Assembly (NCBI GenBank): GCA_963770835.1
Contig: CAVYRH010000010.1
Span: 96,001-160,000 of the forward strand
Source of the DNA: an uncultured Pseudomonadota bacterium
Lineage (GTDB): Bacteria; Oederibacteriota; Muellerivitia; Muellerivitales; Muellerivitaceae
Direction: 5' to 3'
DNA: 64,000 bases
In this document: in pieces, positions 1 through 8,549 of the stretch
Layout of the letters: each line of letters opens with the position of its first letter
Numbering within the stretch: position 1 is the first letter of the stretch
Made by a program: the position numbers and the translations under genes
The notes under the pieces: generated by a model
Database searches by the model: none
Told to the model about the DNA's origin: nothing
Seen by the model: the letters and a program-made list of their open reading frames with translations, nothing else

Positions 1-711
1 ATGGGGCTGATGGATATGTTCGGGAAGAAAAGTCCTTTGGTGGATACGAATGTTTATCTCTCCAATGCCGCGGGCCAGCTGACAGGCATCCCCGGCGTTA
101 CGCCGGAGGGGGATTTTGCCGCGCGGTTCGTGCCCGTCGAAAAAAAATACCTCCTCAACCGCAACCAAGCGGCCAACCCCAGCGGTTTCCTGGACCTGAA
201 GGTCAAGCTGGACGCCGCCGGGCGCCAGGCTTTCCTGCAGGCTGTCGAAAGCATGCAAGGCAAGCCGGTTTTCGTGAGCGGGGTGATGGTCAACGACGAT
301 TCGCAAGGTGGGAAGGCCCAGGTGCAACCCCTGGACATGATCTACTGCCCCTTGGAAGCCGACCAATTCCCGCCCTGGTTCAAGGCCATCCGGGCCAACC
401 TGAAAGATCCCAACGCGGTACATGTTTACCGCATCGTGGCGGCCACGGACGCCTCCAAGTCCAACAAGCCGCCCCGGGCCGACGAGAGCCGCGCGGCACA
501 CGCTTCCTTCCCCTATCCTCCCAAGCCCAACCTGCCAAAGATCAAGATCGACTTCGAGGTCCGGGCCAGCCTGAACCTGAAGGCCGACTTCCGGTTGAAC
601 AACAACCTGATGCGGCAGCGCATCGAGCTGGATTTGGGGATCGAAACGGCTAAGGAAAACGGCCCCGGCGTCTTTGTGGGCGATTTTGTGGCTTATTGGG
701 CCAGCGAGTGA
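1..711 (+). CDS. Hypothetical protein (236 aa)
   Basis: ORF from ATG at base 1 with strong GC3 codon bias like neighbouring genes; no family recognised. Confidence 0.75.
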   Translation: MGLMDMFGKKSPLVDTNVYLSNAAGQLTGIPGVTPEGDFAARFVPVEKKYLLNRNQAANPSGFLDLKVKLDAAGRQAFLQAVESMQGKPVFVSGVMVNDDSQGGKAQVQPLDMIYCPLEADQFPPWFKAIRANLKDPNAVHVYRIVAATDASKSNKPPRADESRAAHASFPYPPKPNLPKIKIDFEVRASLNLKADFRLNNNLMRQRIELDLGIETAKENGPGVFVGDFVAYWASE

Positions 712-811
712 AATACCAGTTGTACCAACGCCTTTTTCAGTCGTTGGTACTAAGTGCCTGCCCGCAGGCACACCGTCTCGCCGCAAACTCGGATGCCTCA
801 CGGCAGGTGGT

Positions 812-917
812 CAGTCCACAGTCGACAGCAAAACCTACAAGAGCGCGCATAAAAAAGCAAAAAATCGAACCAAAAATGGGTGTTTACTGACAGCTGATAG
901 CCGATAACTGAGAACTG
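812..917. repeat. Facing (inverted) degenerate heptamer arrays
   Basis: CAGTCCA CAGTCGA CAGC (812-829) and, on the minus strand, CAGTTCT CAGTTAT CGGCTAT CAGCTGT CAG (887-917), around an A-rich spacer. Confidence 0.7.
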
Positions 918-979
918 TTTATCAAGTTTTTCCCTTCCGGAGCCGTTAGAATACCCGACTCTTGAAAGGGAAGGGTGTC

Positions 980-3900
980 ATGGGCTCGCCGCGTTTCGCT
1001 ATGATCGTTTTCGGGGGGGCCTTGTTCCTGGCCTTTCCCGCCCTTTCCCACGCCCAAGTCACCAGTACCCCCACCAATACGCCTACGCTGACCTTTACCA
1101 AGACCGCCACGGGGACGCCCACCGACAGCCCCACGGCCACCTATTCTTTTACCCCCAACGCCACCCTGACGCCCCCTTGCGGGGGGGCGGCCAGCATCTT
1201 CGGTGTGACCACTGGTACGAGTGCTACGGGTGCTACCAATACCATGCGTGCCAGTATGTTCAGCCTCAATGTTCCCGCCACGGTTTATAGCATTTGGCTG
1301 GAGAGCGCCGCCGGTTACCATGTCATGACGGGTATCTACGGGGGGTCCGTCAGCAATATTGGGGGCGTGACCGTTTCCTCCGCACCCCAGACGACGGTTG
1401 CCGGCTGGAACGGCTTCCCGATCACGCCCACTTACCTTCCTAACGGCACCTATTGGTTGGCTTATTCCGTTAACAGCGTGTCCTATAATTATTGGACTGC
1501 CACTTCCGTCAACCCCAATTACTGGGCCTATACCGACACGGCCTTCACCTTTGGCACCATGCCCAGCGCCATGCCGGGGCCAGTCACCTACGACTCCACC
1601 ACCCCCTATATTTCAGATTCGATTTACGCGGTTTATTGCAACGCCCCCACCAATACCGCCACCCCCAGCAAAACCCCTTCCTCCACCCAGACGCCCACCA
1701 TCCCCCAGACCCCCACCGGTACCTTCACCCCCACCAATACGGGATCCCCCGACACGCCCACGGAGAGCTTTACCCCGACCTCCACGGCCACCCCGACCCC
1801 CAGTTTTACCCCAACCCTAACGCCGACCTTCACCTGTACTGCTACCCCCAACCTCAGCCTGACGCCGGATTGCGGCGCGGCCGCCACCTTCTTCGGGGAC
1901 ATGAACACCACCGGGGGGCCGGTAACCGCGGTTTCCGATTTAGCCTTCCGGGCCTGCCGCTACACGTTGAACGAATCGGGCACGGTCGAAACCATGTCGC
2001 TTTACCTGCCCGCCCAGGACGCGGGTGAGTATTACGTGACGGTGGCCATTTACGCCAATGGCGCCTCAATGGTTGTCGGGAGCTTGTTGACCCAGGCCGT
2101 CACTTACCAAACTTCGGTCGCGGGTTGGAACGCATTTCAGGTGACACCTTACCCCCTCACGGCGGGGGATTATTGGCTGGCCTATATGTATTCGGGCTCC
2201 TCGCCCAGTACCTTCGCTTTGGATTATCAATCATCCCCTCCCCCCGGTGCCCCCACCTCCGGCAACACAGCTTGTAATTATGGCCCACCTCCCGCCGGCT
2301 CTGGATTTACTTTCCCCGCATCGGGATCTTTCATTCCTACCTCTCCTCCGCCGCCCACTCCCGGCGCCTACTACGCCACCAGTTTTTATGAGCCCATCGT
2401 GGCCAATCTTTGCCCGGGATACGTATCGACGAGTACGCCTACCAATTCACCGACCATGACGGCGACCCTCTCGCCGACGCCGACCGCTACCTCGCCCTGC
2501 GGCGCGTCGGCGACTTATTTTGGAAACACCAACACCTCGGGCGCCACCACGGTGCTCCAGCCGGTTGAGATGCGGGCCTGCCGGTACACCATCCCCATCA
2601 ATGGCACGGTTTACGCCATTTCCCTTTACGCGTCGGCTTCCGTTACGGGCCTGGGGGAAGTGGCCCTCTACTCGGACCAGGGCGGCACGATGGGGACGTG
2701 GATCACCGATTCGGGCGATAATCCCCAAACGCTGACACCGGGGTGGAATATCTTTCCGGTGACGGCAACGCCGGTTACGGCGGGGGCCTACTGGCTTACT
2801 TATCTTTATGACTCTCCCGTCAGCTATTCAGTTGTCTACCAGACGACGGGCGGGACCAATACGCTGGCTTATGACACCGCCGTGACCACGGGAGTCTGGC
2901 CCGTGACCGCCTCCAGCTGGCCCATTTCCTACGCCAACAATTTCCAGGAACCCATCATCGCCGACTATTGCCCCGGTTCCATCAATACCCCCACACCCAC
3001 CAATTCACCGACCCTGACACCCACTTTCACCGTTTCCAATACCTCCACCTCCACTTCCACCATTACGAATACGCCTAGCGCTTCCCCCACTGTGACTCCC
3101 ACGGGAACGCCGACCCTCACCACGACTTCCACCGCCACCGCCACGATTACGAATACGCCGACGATTACAGCGACCCTAACTTCATCGCCCACCGCCACGC
3201 CCAGCGGCACCCCGACGCTGACCGGGACATCTACGGCCACCTCAACCATCACCGACACCCCCACCATCACCCCGACCTTCACGGTATCGATGACATCCAC
3301 AGCCTCCCCCACGGCCACGCCCAGCGGTACGCCGACGATGACGGGGACCTTTACGGCTACCGCGACCATCACCAATACTCCCACGGTGACACCAACCTTC
3401 ACGGCCTCGATGACCCCGACAGCCTCCCCCTCCTACACGCCCAGCGGCACCCCGACCCCCACCGTTATTTTCACTTCCATCTCAACGGCAACCTCTACGC
3501 CCAGTGCCACGCCGACCTTAACGGCCTCGACCACCCCTACGGCATCCGCCACTTCCTCACCCACGGCCACAGGCACCCAACCCCCTACTTCCACCGCAAC
3601 TTTAACTCCAAGCCCCACACCTAGCTTTACACCGACTAAAACTCCAACTTTTTCCCCCACGGCCTCGATTACTTCGACCACGACTTTTACCCCACCCCCC
3701 TCACCCACTTTTACCGCTTCCGGGACCCCCACCTTTAGCCCCACCACGACTTGGACTCCTACGCCAGGGGCGGATATCGTGAAGACAGTTTCGGAATCGG
3801 TGGCCAATGTGAATGACGTCCTCACTTACACGATCACCGTCAATGTGACAGGGGGGCCTGTCTCCACCATGGCGGTTACGGACGTGTTACCGGCGGCGTT

Positions 3901-4414
3901 GAGTTTGGTAGGTTTCGGGAGCACGCCTCCGGGTGGGGTGACCGCCTATAATGCTTCCACGAAGACGCTCAGTTGGAGCTTCGCCTCTTTGGCTCCCGCA
4001 ACCTATACGATCACTTTCCAGGCCCAGGTGGCCGGCAATGCCCAGGGCGGGTCGGCCATTGTCAACCAAGCCCAACTGACTTACACCGGCTTGGGGGCCC
4101 CGAAAACCGCCTCCGTCAACGTGGCGGTGGCCCAGGGAGCGCCCGTGCTTTACCCCAACCCGGTAAAGGGCGGCGGACCAGCGGAACTCCAAGTGGTCTT
4201 GAACCAACCGCAGGATTACCTGACCGTCAAAGTTTTCACGACCTCCTTCCGGAAGGTTTACGAGGACAATGTCAAAACCGTTCCGGCGGGGGTTTTCCAA
4301 TACGGCCTGGATACGACCCGATTCGAGGGGGGTGCCGCGGCCAACGGGCTTTATTACGTGGTGGCGACCACGCCTTCCAACCGTTGGATTCTCAAACTCC
4401 TGATCTTAAAATAA
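980..4414 (+). CDS. Large secreted Thr/Pro/Ser-rich surface protein: signal peptide, three repeated beta domains, DUF11-like Ig domain, C-terminal T9SS-type-A-like sorting domain
   Basis: ATG at 980 after a purine-rich SD; hydrophobic leader ending ALSHA; three domains sharing GWN.F..T....G.YW(L)(A/T)Y; IVKTVS...LTYTITV...VTDVLP (DUF11-like); tail PVLYPNP...NGLYYVV...KLLILK. Confidence 0.85.
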   Translation: MGSPRFAMIVFGGALFLAFPALSHAQVTSTPTNTPTLTFTKTATGTPTDSPTATYSFTPNATLTPPCGGAASIFGVTTGTSATGATNTMRASMFSLNVPATVYSIWLESAAGYHVMTGIYGGSVSNIGGVTVSSAPQTTVAGWNGFPITPTYLPNGTYWLAYSVNSVSYNYWTATSVNPNYWAYTDTAFTFGTMPSAMPGPVTYDSTTPYISDSIYAVYCNAPTNTATPSKTPSSTQTPTIPQTPTGTFTPTNTGSPDTPTESFTPTSTATPTPSFTPTLTPTFTCTATPNLSLTPDCGAAATFFGDMNTTGGPVTAVSDLAFRACRYTLNESGTVETMSLYLPAQDAGEYYVTVAIYANGASMVVGSLLTQAVTYQTSVAGWNAFQVTPYPLTAGDYWLAYMYSGSSPSTFALDYQSSPPPGAPTSGNTACNYGPPPAGSGFTFPASGSFIPTSPPPPTPGAYYATSFYEPIVANLCPGYVSTSTPTNSPTMTATLSPTPTATSPCGASATYFGNTNTSGATTVLQPVEMRACRYTIPINGTVYAISLYASASVTGLGEVALYSDQGGTMGTWITDSGDNPQTLTPGWNIFPVTATPVTAGAYWLTYLYDSPVSYSVVYQTTGGTNTLAYDTAVTTGVWPVTASSWPISYANNFQEPIIADYCPGSINTPTPTNSPTLTPTFTVSNTSTSTSTITNTPSASPTVTPTGTPTLTTTSTATATITNTPTITATLTSSPTATPSGTPTLTGTSTATSTITDTPTITPTFTVSMTSTASPTATPSGTPTMTGTFTATATITNTPTVTPTFTASMTPTASPSYTPSGTPTPTVIFTSISTATSTPSATPTLTASTTPTASATSSPTATGTQPPTSTATLTPSPTPSFTPTKTPTFSPTASITSTTTFTPPPSPTFTASGTPTFSPTTTWTPTPGADIVKTVSESVANVNDVLTYTITVNVTGGPVSTMAVTDVLPAALSLVGFGSTPPGGVTAYNASTKTLSWSFASLAPATYTITFQAQVAGNAQGGSAIVNQAQLTYTGLGAPKTASVNVAVAQGAPVLYPNPVKGGGPAELQVVLNQPQDYLTVKVFTTSFRKVYEDNVKTVPAGVFQYGLDTTRFEGGAAANGLYYVVATTPSNRWILKLLILK
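3181..3460 (+). repeat. Intragenic degenerate tandem repeat, 120-nt (40-aa) period
   Basis: cacgcccagcgg(c/t)ac(c/g)ccgac recurs at 3196, 3316 and 3436. Confidence 0.75.
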
Positions 4415-4468
4415 GTAACCTTTTCGGAAGGGAAGGGGTAATCACGGAAAACGACAGGAGGGTTTCCC

Positions 4469-4936
4469 ATGGAAAAAGCCACGTTTGGAGCCGGATGTTT
4501 TTGGGGAGTGGAGGAAACTTTCCGCCAGTTGAAGGGCGTTGTTTCCACCGCCGTCGGCTATGAGGGCGGCCTCACCAATAATCCCACCTATAAGGACATC
4601 TGTACCGACCGCACGGGCCACGCCGAAGTGGTGCAAGTGGAGTTCGACCCGAAAAAAATTTCCTATGAGCAGTTGTTGGACATCTTTTGGCACAGCCACA
4701 ATCCCACCAGCCTGAACCGGCAGGGGCCGGACATCGGGACACAGTACCGGTCCGTCATTTTTTTCCACGACGCCAAGCAAGAAAAAGCCGCCAAGACCTC
4801 CAAGGAAAAATTACAGAAGACCGGGTACAAAAGCCCCATCGTGACCCAGATCGTCCCCGCAGCGGTTTTCTGGAAGGCGGAGGACTACCACCAGCAATAC
4901 CTCGCCAAACGGGGATTGGGGAGTTGTCACATCTGA
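4469..4936 (+). CDS. msrA: Peptide-methionine (S)-S-oxide reductase
   Basis: [21 protein letters not shown] and AEDYHQQY motifs; SD AGGAGG. Confidence 0.97.
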   Translation: MEKATFGAGCFWGVEETFRQLKGVVSTAVGYEGGLTNNPTYKDICTDRTGHAEVVQVEFDPKKISYEQLLDIFWHSHNPTSLNRQGPDIGTQYRSVIFFHDAKQEKAAKTSKEKLQKTGYKSPIVTQIVPAAVFWKAEDYHQQYLAKRGLGSCHI

Positions 4937-5102
4937 GGGCTTCGGGCCGCTTGGCGCCTCGCTCAAAAGCCCTTTAAAACCCCCCCAAAAAAACCGAAAG
5001 AACCGGTGAATCACTGGGGGGGTTTGCGATAAAATCACCCCCATTAAGAAGGCCCCCCACTGGTCGGGCCAAACTGTTAAAAGGACGGTTGAATAAAATC
5101 CA

Positions 5103-5588
5103 ATGAAAATTACGCCTTGGGTCAGCAGTGCCGTGGAAGTGAAGAAGAGTGGAATGGAAGGAAAGGGCGTTTACGCCGTCCGTGGGATCAAAGAAGGGGA
5201 AGTCATCGGTGTGTTCGGCGGGATCGTTATTCCCGAGGATGATGTCGAGAACCTGACCCGCACCATCCCGTCGGAAAAGCTCAACATCGACCACGCCATG
5301 TACATTTACCCGGGTTTCATCATGTTGCACGACTACGAGAATGGCTGCGACCCCCTGTGCTTCGTCAACCACGCCTGCGACCCCAGCGCCAAGGTCGCCA
5401 ACGGAATAGTACTGGTGGCCCAACGCGACATCCCCGCGGGCGAGGAAATCAGCTGGGACTACCGCCAAACCGACAACGTGGGCAATTGGACCTATGAATT
5501 CAAGTGCCAGTGCGGCACGCCCAGCTGCACGGGAATGGTACAAGTGGGGCCCAAATACCGCACCAAAGTGACGGCGGCTTCCAACTAA
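5103..5588 (+). CDS. SET-domain protein-lysine methyltransferase with post-SET Cys motif
   Basis: GKGVYA, FVNHACDP, DIPAGEEISWDY and CQCGTPSCTG. Confidence 0.93.
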   Translation: MKITPWVSSAVEVKKSGMEGKGVYAVRGIKEGEVIGVFGGIVIPEDDVENLTRTIPSEKLNIDHAMYIYPGFIMLHDYENGCDPLCFVNHACDPSAKVANGIVLVAQRDIPAGEEISWDYRQTDNVGNWTYEFKCQCGTPSCTGMVQVGPKYRTKVTAASN

Positions 5589-5617
5589 TCCATCTGCCGT
5601 TCCGGGAAAGAAAATCC

Positions 5618-5652
5618 AATACCGGCTTCCAATGGGGGCCGGTATTTTTTTT
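5618..5652 (+). terminator. Rho-independent terminator
   Basis: AATACCGGCTTCC-AATG-GGGGCCGGTATT stem-loop followed by a T run. Confidence 0.85.
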
Positions 5653-5716
5653 GGGAATTTCAACCGGGGACGTAAACACAGGTAAAAATCTTCGAAAATA
5701 AGCGCCCCTGGAGCCT

Positions 5717-5762
5717 TTGTGGTAAGTTATCCACAATTCTCCATATCCCGGGGTTATACCCA
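5717..5762. promoter_or_regulatory. DnaA-box-like cluster upstream of flgE
   Basis: Perfect TTATCCACA at 5727-5735, inverted near-match TGTGGTAA just before it, and TTATACCCA at 5754-5762. Confidence 0.4.
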
Positions 5763-5861
5763 GGAAAAACTCTTGTTTTAAATAAATAAACCGTTAGAAA
5801 GTAATGAAATACCCTCTTTCAACGCCTCTCCTCGACCCATTTCGTTTGGGACGGAAGATTC

Positions 5862-7754
5862 ATGAGCCTTCGGGCAATGTTCAGTTCAATCTCCGGCCTC
5901 CAGGCCGACAGCCAGTGGCTGGATGTCATCGGAAACAACATTTCCAACGTCAACACGGTGGCCTTCAAGGCCAGCCGCGCGGAATTTTCCGACCTGTTCA
6001 GCCAATCCCTTTTCGGAGGGTCGGGCGATAACTCCTCCAACGAATTAGGGGGTATGGACTCCCAGCAGGTGGGGTTGGGAACCCGGCTGGCTTCCATTGA
6101 AACGATCTTCAGCCAGGGCACGACCTTGACCACCGGCATTTCCACGGATATTTCCATCCAGGGGGACGGGTTCCTCGAGGCCCAAGAGGGAAGCCAGACC
6201 CTCCTGACCCGCGCGGGCAACCTGACCTTCGACAGCGACGGTTATTTGGTAAACCCCAACGGGGACCACATCCTGGGCATCAACGCCCTTGTCCAATACA
6301 ATAAAAACGCCATCAACAGCGTCTCCAACATCGCCAACCAGCCGCTGATCGTGAACCAGGCGGTTTTGAACGTCAACAACAACGACACCGGCGACCTCGC
6401 CCCTATCCAAATCGACCCCCGGATGACCCTGCCCCCCAAGGCCACCACCGAGGTTACTTTTAAGGGAAACTTGGACTCCCTCCAGCAACCAAACGTCCTG
6501 GACCTGTTTCCGGGCCTTTTCGCTGGGGCGAATGATCCCGCACTGCCGGTGGGACTGACCATCGCCTTCCTCGGCCCTGTTAACGCCATTGACACCACGC
6601 GCATGACCGCACAAGTCAACGCCACGGGGGGGTTTACCTTGCAGCAGGTAAAAAACCTTTCCACCTTCAACCTGGGGGTGTTCCCGCCTCCCCAACCCCT
6701 GGAAAACGGCTTCATCAACCTGGGATTCGTCCAAGCCTTCGCCGGAAGTTACGTTTGGGACAAGCAGCCGCCCATCCCGCCTGCCCAGCAAGCCACGGAG
6801 ACGGTTTATGATTCCCTTGGGAATCCCCGACAAATCACCGTCCAGTTCTACCAAGTAAATGACCTGGGCGCGGATAACATCAATAATCCCTCCGGTCCCA
6901 ACCAGGTCTGTTACGCCTGGTATGCCTTTGACACCACGGGCGGCAAGACCGTTTCCACTGCCGACTTGTTGGGAGGGACGGGGATCGGCGAGGACGACCC
7001 TTTTTACGACCGTAACCTGCCAGGCCAGGGTTTCTTCGGCGACTTCCTGTGGTTCAACACGGACGGATCGCTGGCTTCCAGCGGCGGGGTGGGCGGGGTG
7101 CCGGGGCCTCCCGGACTCAATTTCAATTACATGACCCTGCCGAGGGTTTATCTCCCGCCCGTCAACAGCAATCCGCCGGTTTCCCCCATTCCCGACCAGG
7201 GCGCGGAAATCACCCCCATCTCGCTTAACTTCGGGAATTTCGGACTCCTGGGAGGGCAGCCGGTGTTGCCCATCGGTGGAAGGAACGGAATTTACAGCGA
7301 CGCGGAAGGGGGCTACCAGACCGTCAACGGGGTTAAAACCTATGTGCCTAAAAATACCGTTTACGCCGCATCCCAAAACGGCTACCCGGATGGCAGCCTG
7401 CAGAACTTAAACATCGACCAAAACGGTTTTATCCAAGGGTCTTTTACCAACGGCCAAATCGTGAACCTCGCCCAAATCACGCTGGCCCAAGTGCAAAATC
7501 CGGGGGGATTGAGCCAAGTCGGGAACAACAATTTTTCCGTTTCCCCCAACGCGGGTTCCACCCAGGTGGGCCTGGCGGGTGAGGGGAATTTCGGCACGAT
7601 CCAATCCGATTCCCTGGAAGGCTCCAACGTGGACCTGACCGTGGAATTGTCCAACATGATCGTGGCCCAAAGGGGTTACGACACCAACGCCCGCATGATC
7701 GCGGTGGTCAACGAAACGATGGATACCATCGACCATTTGGGCGAGGGCGGCTGA
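5862..7754 (+). CDS. flgE: Flagellar hook protein FlgE family, with a long Pro/Gly-rich central insert
   Basis: N-terminal SISGL...LDVIGNNISNVNTVAFKASR, GDGF, TRAGNLTFD, VYDSLG; C-terminal LEGSNVDLTVELSNMIVAQRGY. Confidence 0.92.
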   Translation: MSLRAMFSSISGLQADSQWLDVIGNNISNVNTVAFKASRAEFSDLFSQSLFGGSGDNSSNELGGMDSQQVGLGTRLASIETIFSQGTTLTTGISTDISIQGDGFLEAQEGSQTLLTRAGNLTFDSDGYLVNPNGDHILGINALVQYNKNAINSVSNIANQPLIVNQAVLNVNNNDTGDLAPIQIDPRMTLPPKATTEVTFKGNLDSLQQPNVLDLFPGLFAGANDPALPVGLTIAFLGPVNAIDTTRMTAQVNATGGFTLQQVKNLSTFNLGVFPPPQPLENGFINLGFVQAFAGSYVWDKQPPIPPAQQATETVYDSLGNPRQITVQFYQVNDLGADNINNPSGPNQVCYAWYAFDTTGGKTVSTADLLGGTGIGEDDPFYDRNLPGQGFFGDFLWFNTDGSLASSGGVGGVPGPPGLNFNYMTLPRVYLPPVNSNPPVSPIPDQGAEITPISLNFGNFGLLGGQPVLPIGGRNGIYSDAEGGYQTVNGVKTYVPKNTVYAASQNGYPDGSLQNLNIDQNGFIQGSFTNGQIVNLAQITLAQVQNPGGLSQVGNNNFSVSPNAGSTQVGLAGEGNFGTIQSDSLEGSNVDLTVELSNMIVAQRGYDTNARMIAVVNETMDTIDHLGEGG

Positions 7755-7988
7755 GTTCAAGCCTCCAGCCGGTTTGCAAGCCCCCTCCCACTCCTTCATG
7801 TCTTAATCGCCAATTATTTTGTATAATTTCCGCGTTTCATGATGAAGCCCTATGTCTATGCAGTTTTCCTTAAAAAATTGGGCCAGAGGCCCAAATAATG
7901 AGAATTGTATTATCCTCATTACCTTCATCGGGCTTTGCCCGATAAGCGGAATGATTAATGAGGATAGGTCTTTATTTGAGGAATATCC

Positions 7989-8549
7989 TTGAGCCCAAAC
8001 GAGCGGGAACTGGTCCGGCGCATTCTCAAAGGCGATTCCGCCGCCTTCCAAGACTTCTATAATGAGCATAAAAAACCCCTGATCCGCGCCTGTTGGTATT
8101 TCCTGGGAAACGACACCGAAGTCGAGGATATGGTCCAGGAAACCTTCATCAAAGCCCTGAAAAACCTCCCAAAATTCAGGTATGAATGCTCCCTGGGAAC
8201 CTGGCTGAACCATATCGCGGTCAACCTCTGCCGGGACTACCTGGAAAAGAAGAAGAAAACCCTGCCCTTTTCCGTGGATTTTTTCTCCACCCAACCGTCT
8301 AGAGAGCAAAAGACGCCCTACCCCCAGGAGGCCCTCCAACTGCTGAGGGAGGAAATCCAGAACCTGCAGGGGCGGGAGAAGGAACTTATCACCCTGCGGG
8401 AGATCAAGGGACTTTCCTACGAGGCCATCGCCAACCGCCTGAAGATGCCGGTGGGAAGCGTCACGTCGGGCCTTTTCCGGACCCGGCAGAAGCTGATCGA
8501 AAAAGTACGGGAGAAACTTCCGAAGGGATGGGAAGAGATCAATCCATGA
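7989..8549 (+). CDS. ECF (sigma-70 group 4) RNA polymerase sigma factor
   Basis: Region 2 EDMVQETFIKA...TWLNHIAVNLCRDY; region 4 LSYEAIANRLKMPVGSVTSGLFR; TTG start with SD GAGGA. Confidence 0.95.
   Translation: MSPNERELVRRILKGDSAAFQDFYNEHKKPLIRACWYFLGNDTEVEDMVQETFIKALKNLPKFRYECSLGTWLNHIAVNLCRDYLEKKKKTLPFSVDFFSTQPSREQKTPYPQEALQLLREEIQNLQGREKELITLREIKGLSYEAIANRLKMPVGSVTSGLFRTRQKLIEKVREKLPKGWEEINP

Noticed and set aside
2965..3825. Val/Gly-rich minus-strand ORFs
   Set aside because: Reverse-complement reading of the Thr/Pro stalk codons
4977..5025. AAACCCCCCCA/TGGGGGGGTTT inverted repeat after msrA
   Set aside because: Low-complexity homopolymer pairing with a long loop and no U-tract; function not supportable
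5717..5790. Replication origin
   Set aside because: Only one perfect DnaA box and no dnaA, dnaN, gidA or parAB context
5670..5860. Possible c-di-GMP-I riboswitch upstream of flgE
   Set aside because: Only fragmentary resemblance (TTCGAAA, TGGGACG); the P1/P2 architecture could not be built
6045..7376. 443-aa minus-strand ORF opposite flgE (likewise 16785-17912, 29420-30616, 44009-44926, 61164-62117)
   Set aside because: Antisense shadows of genes with strong codon bias; no recognisable motifs
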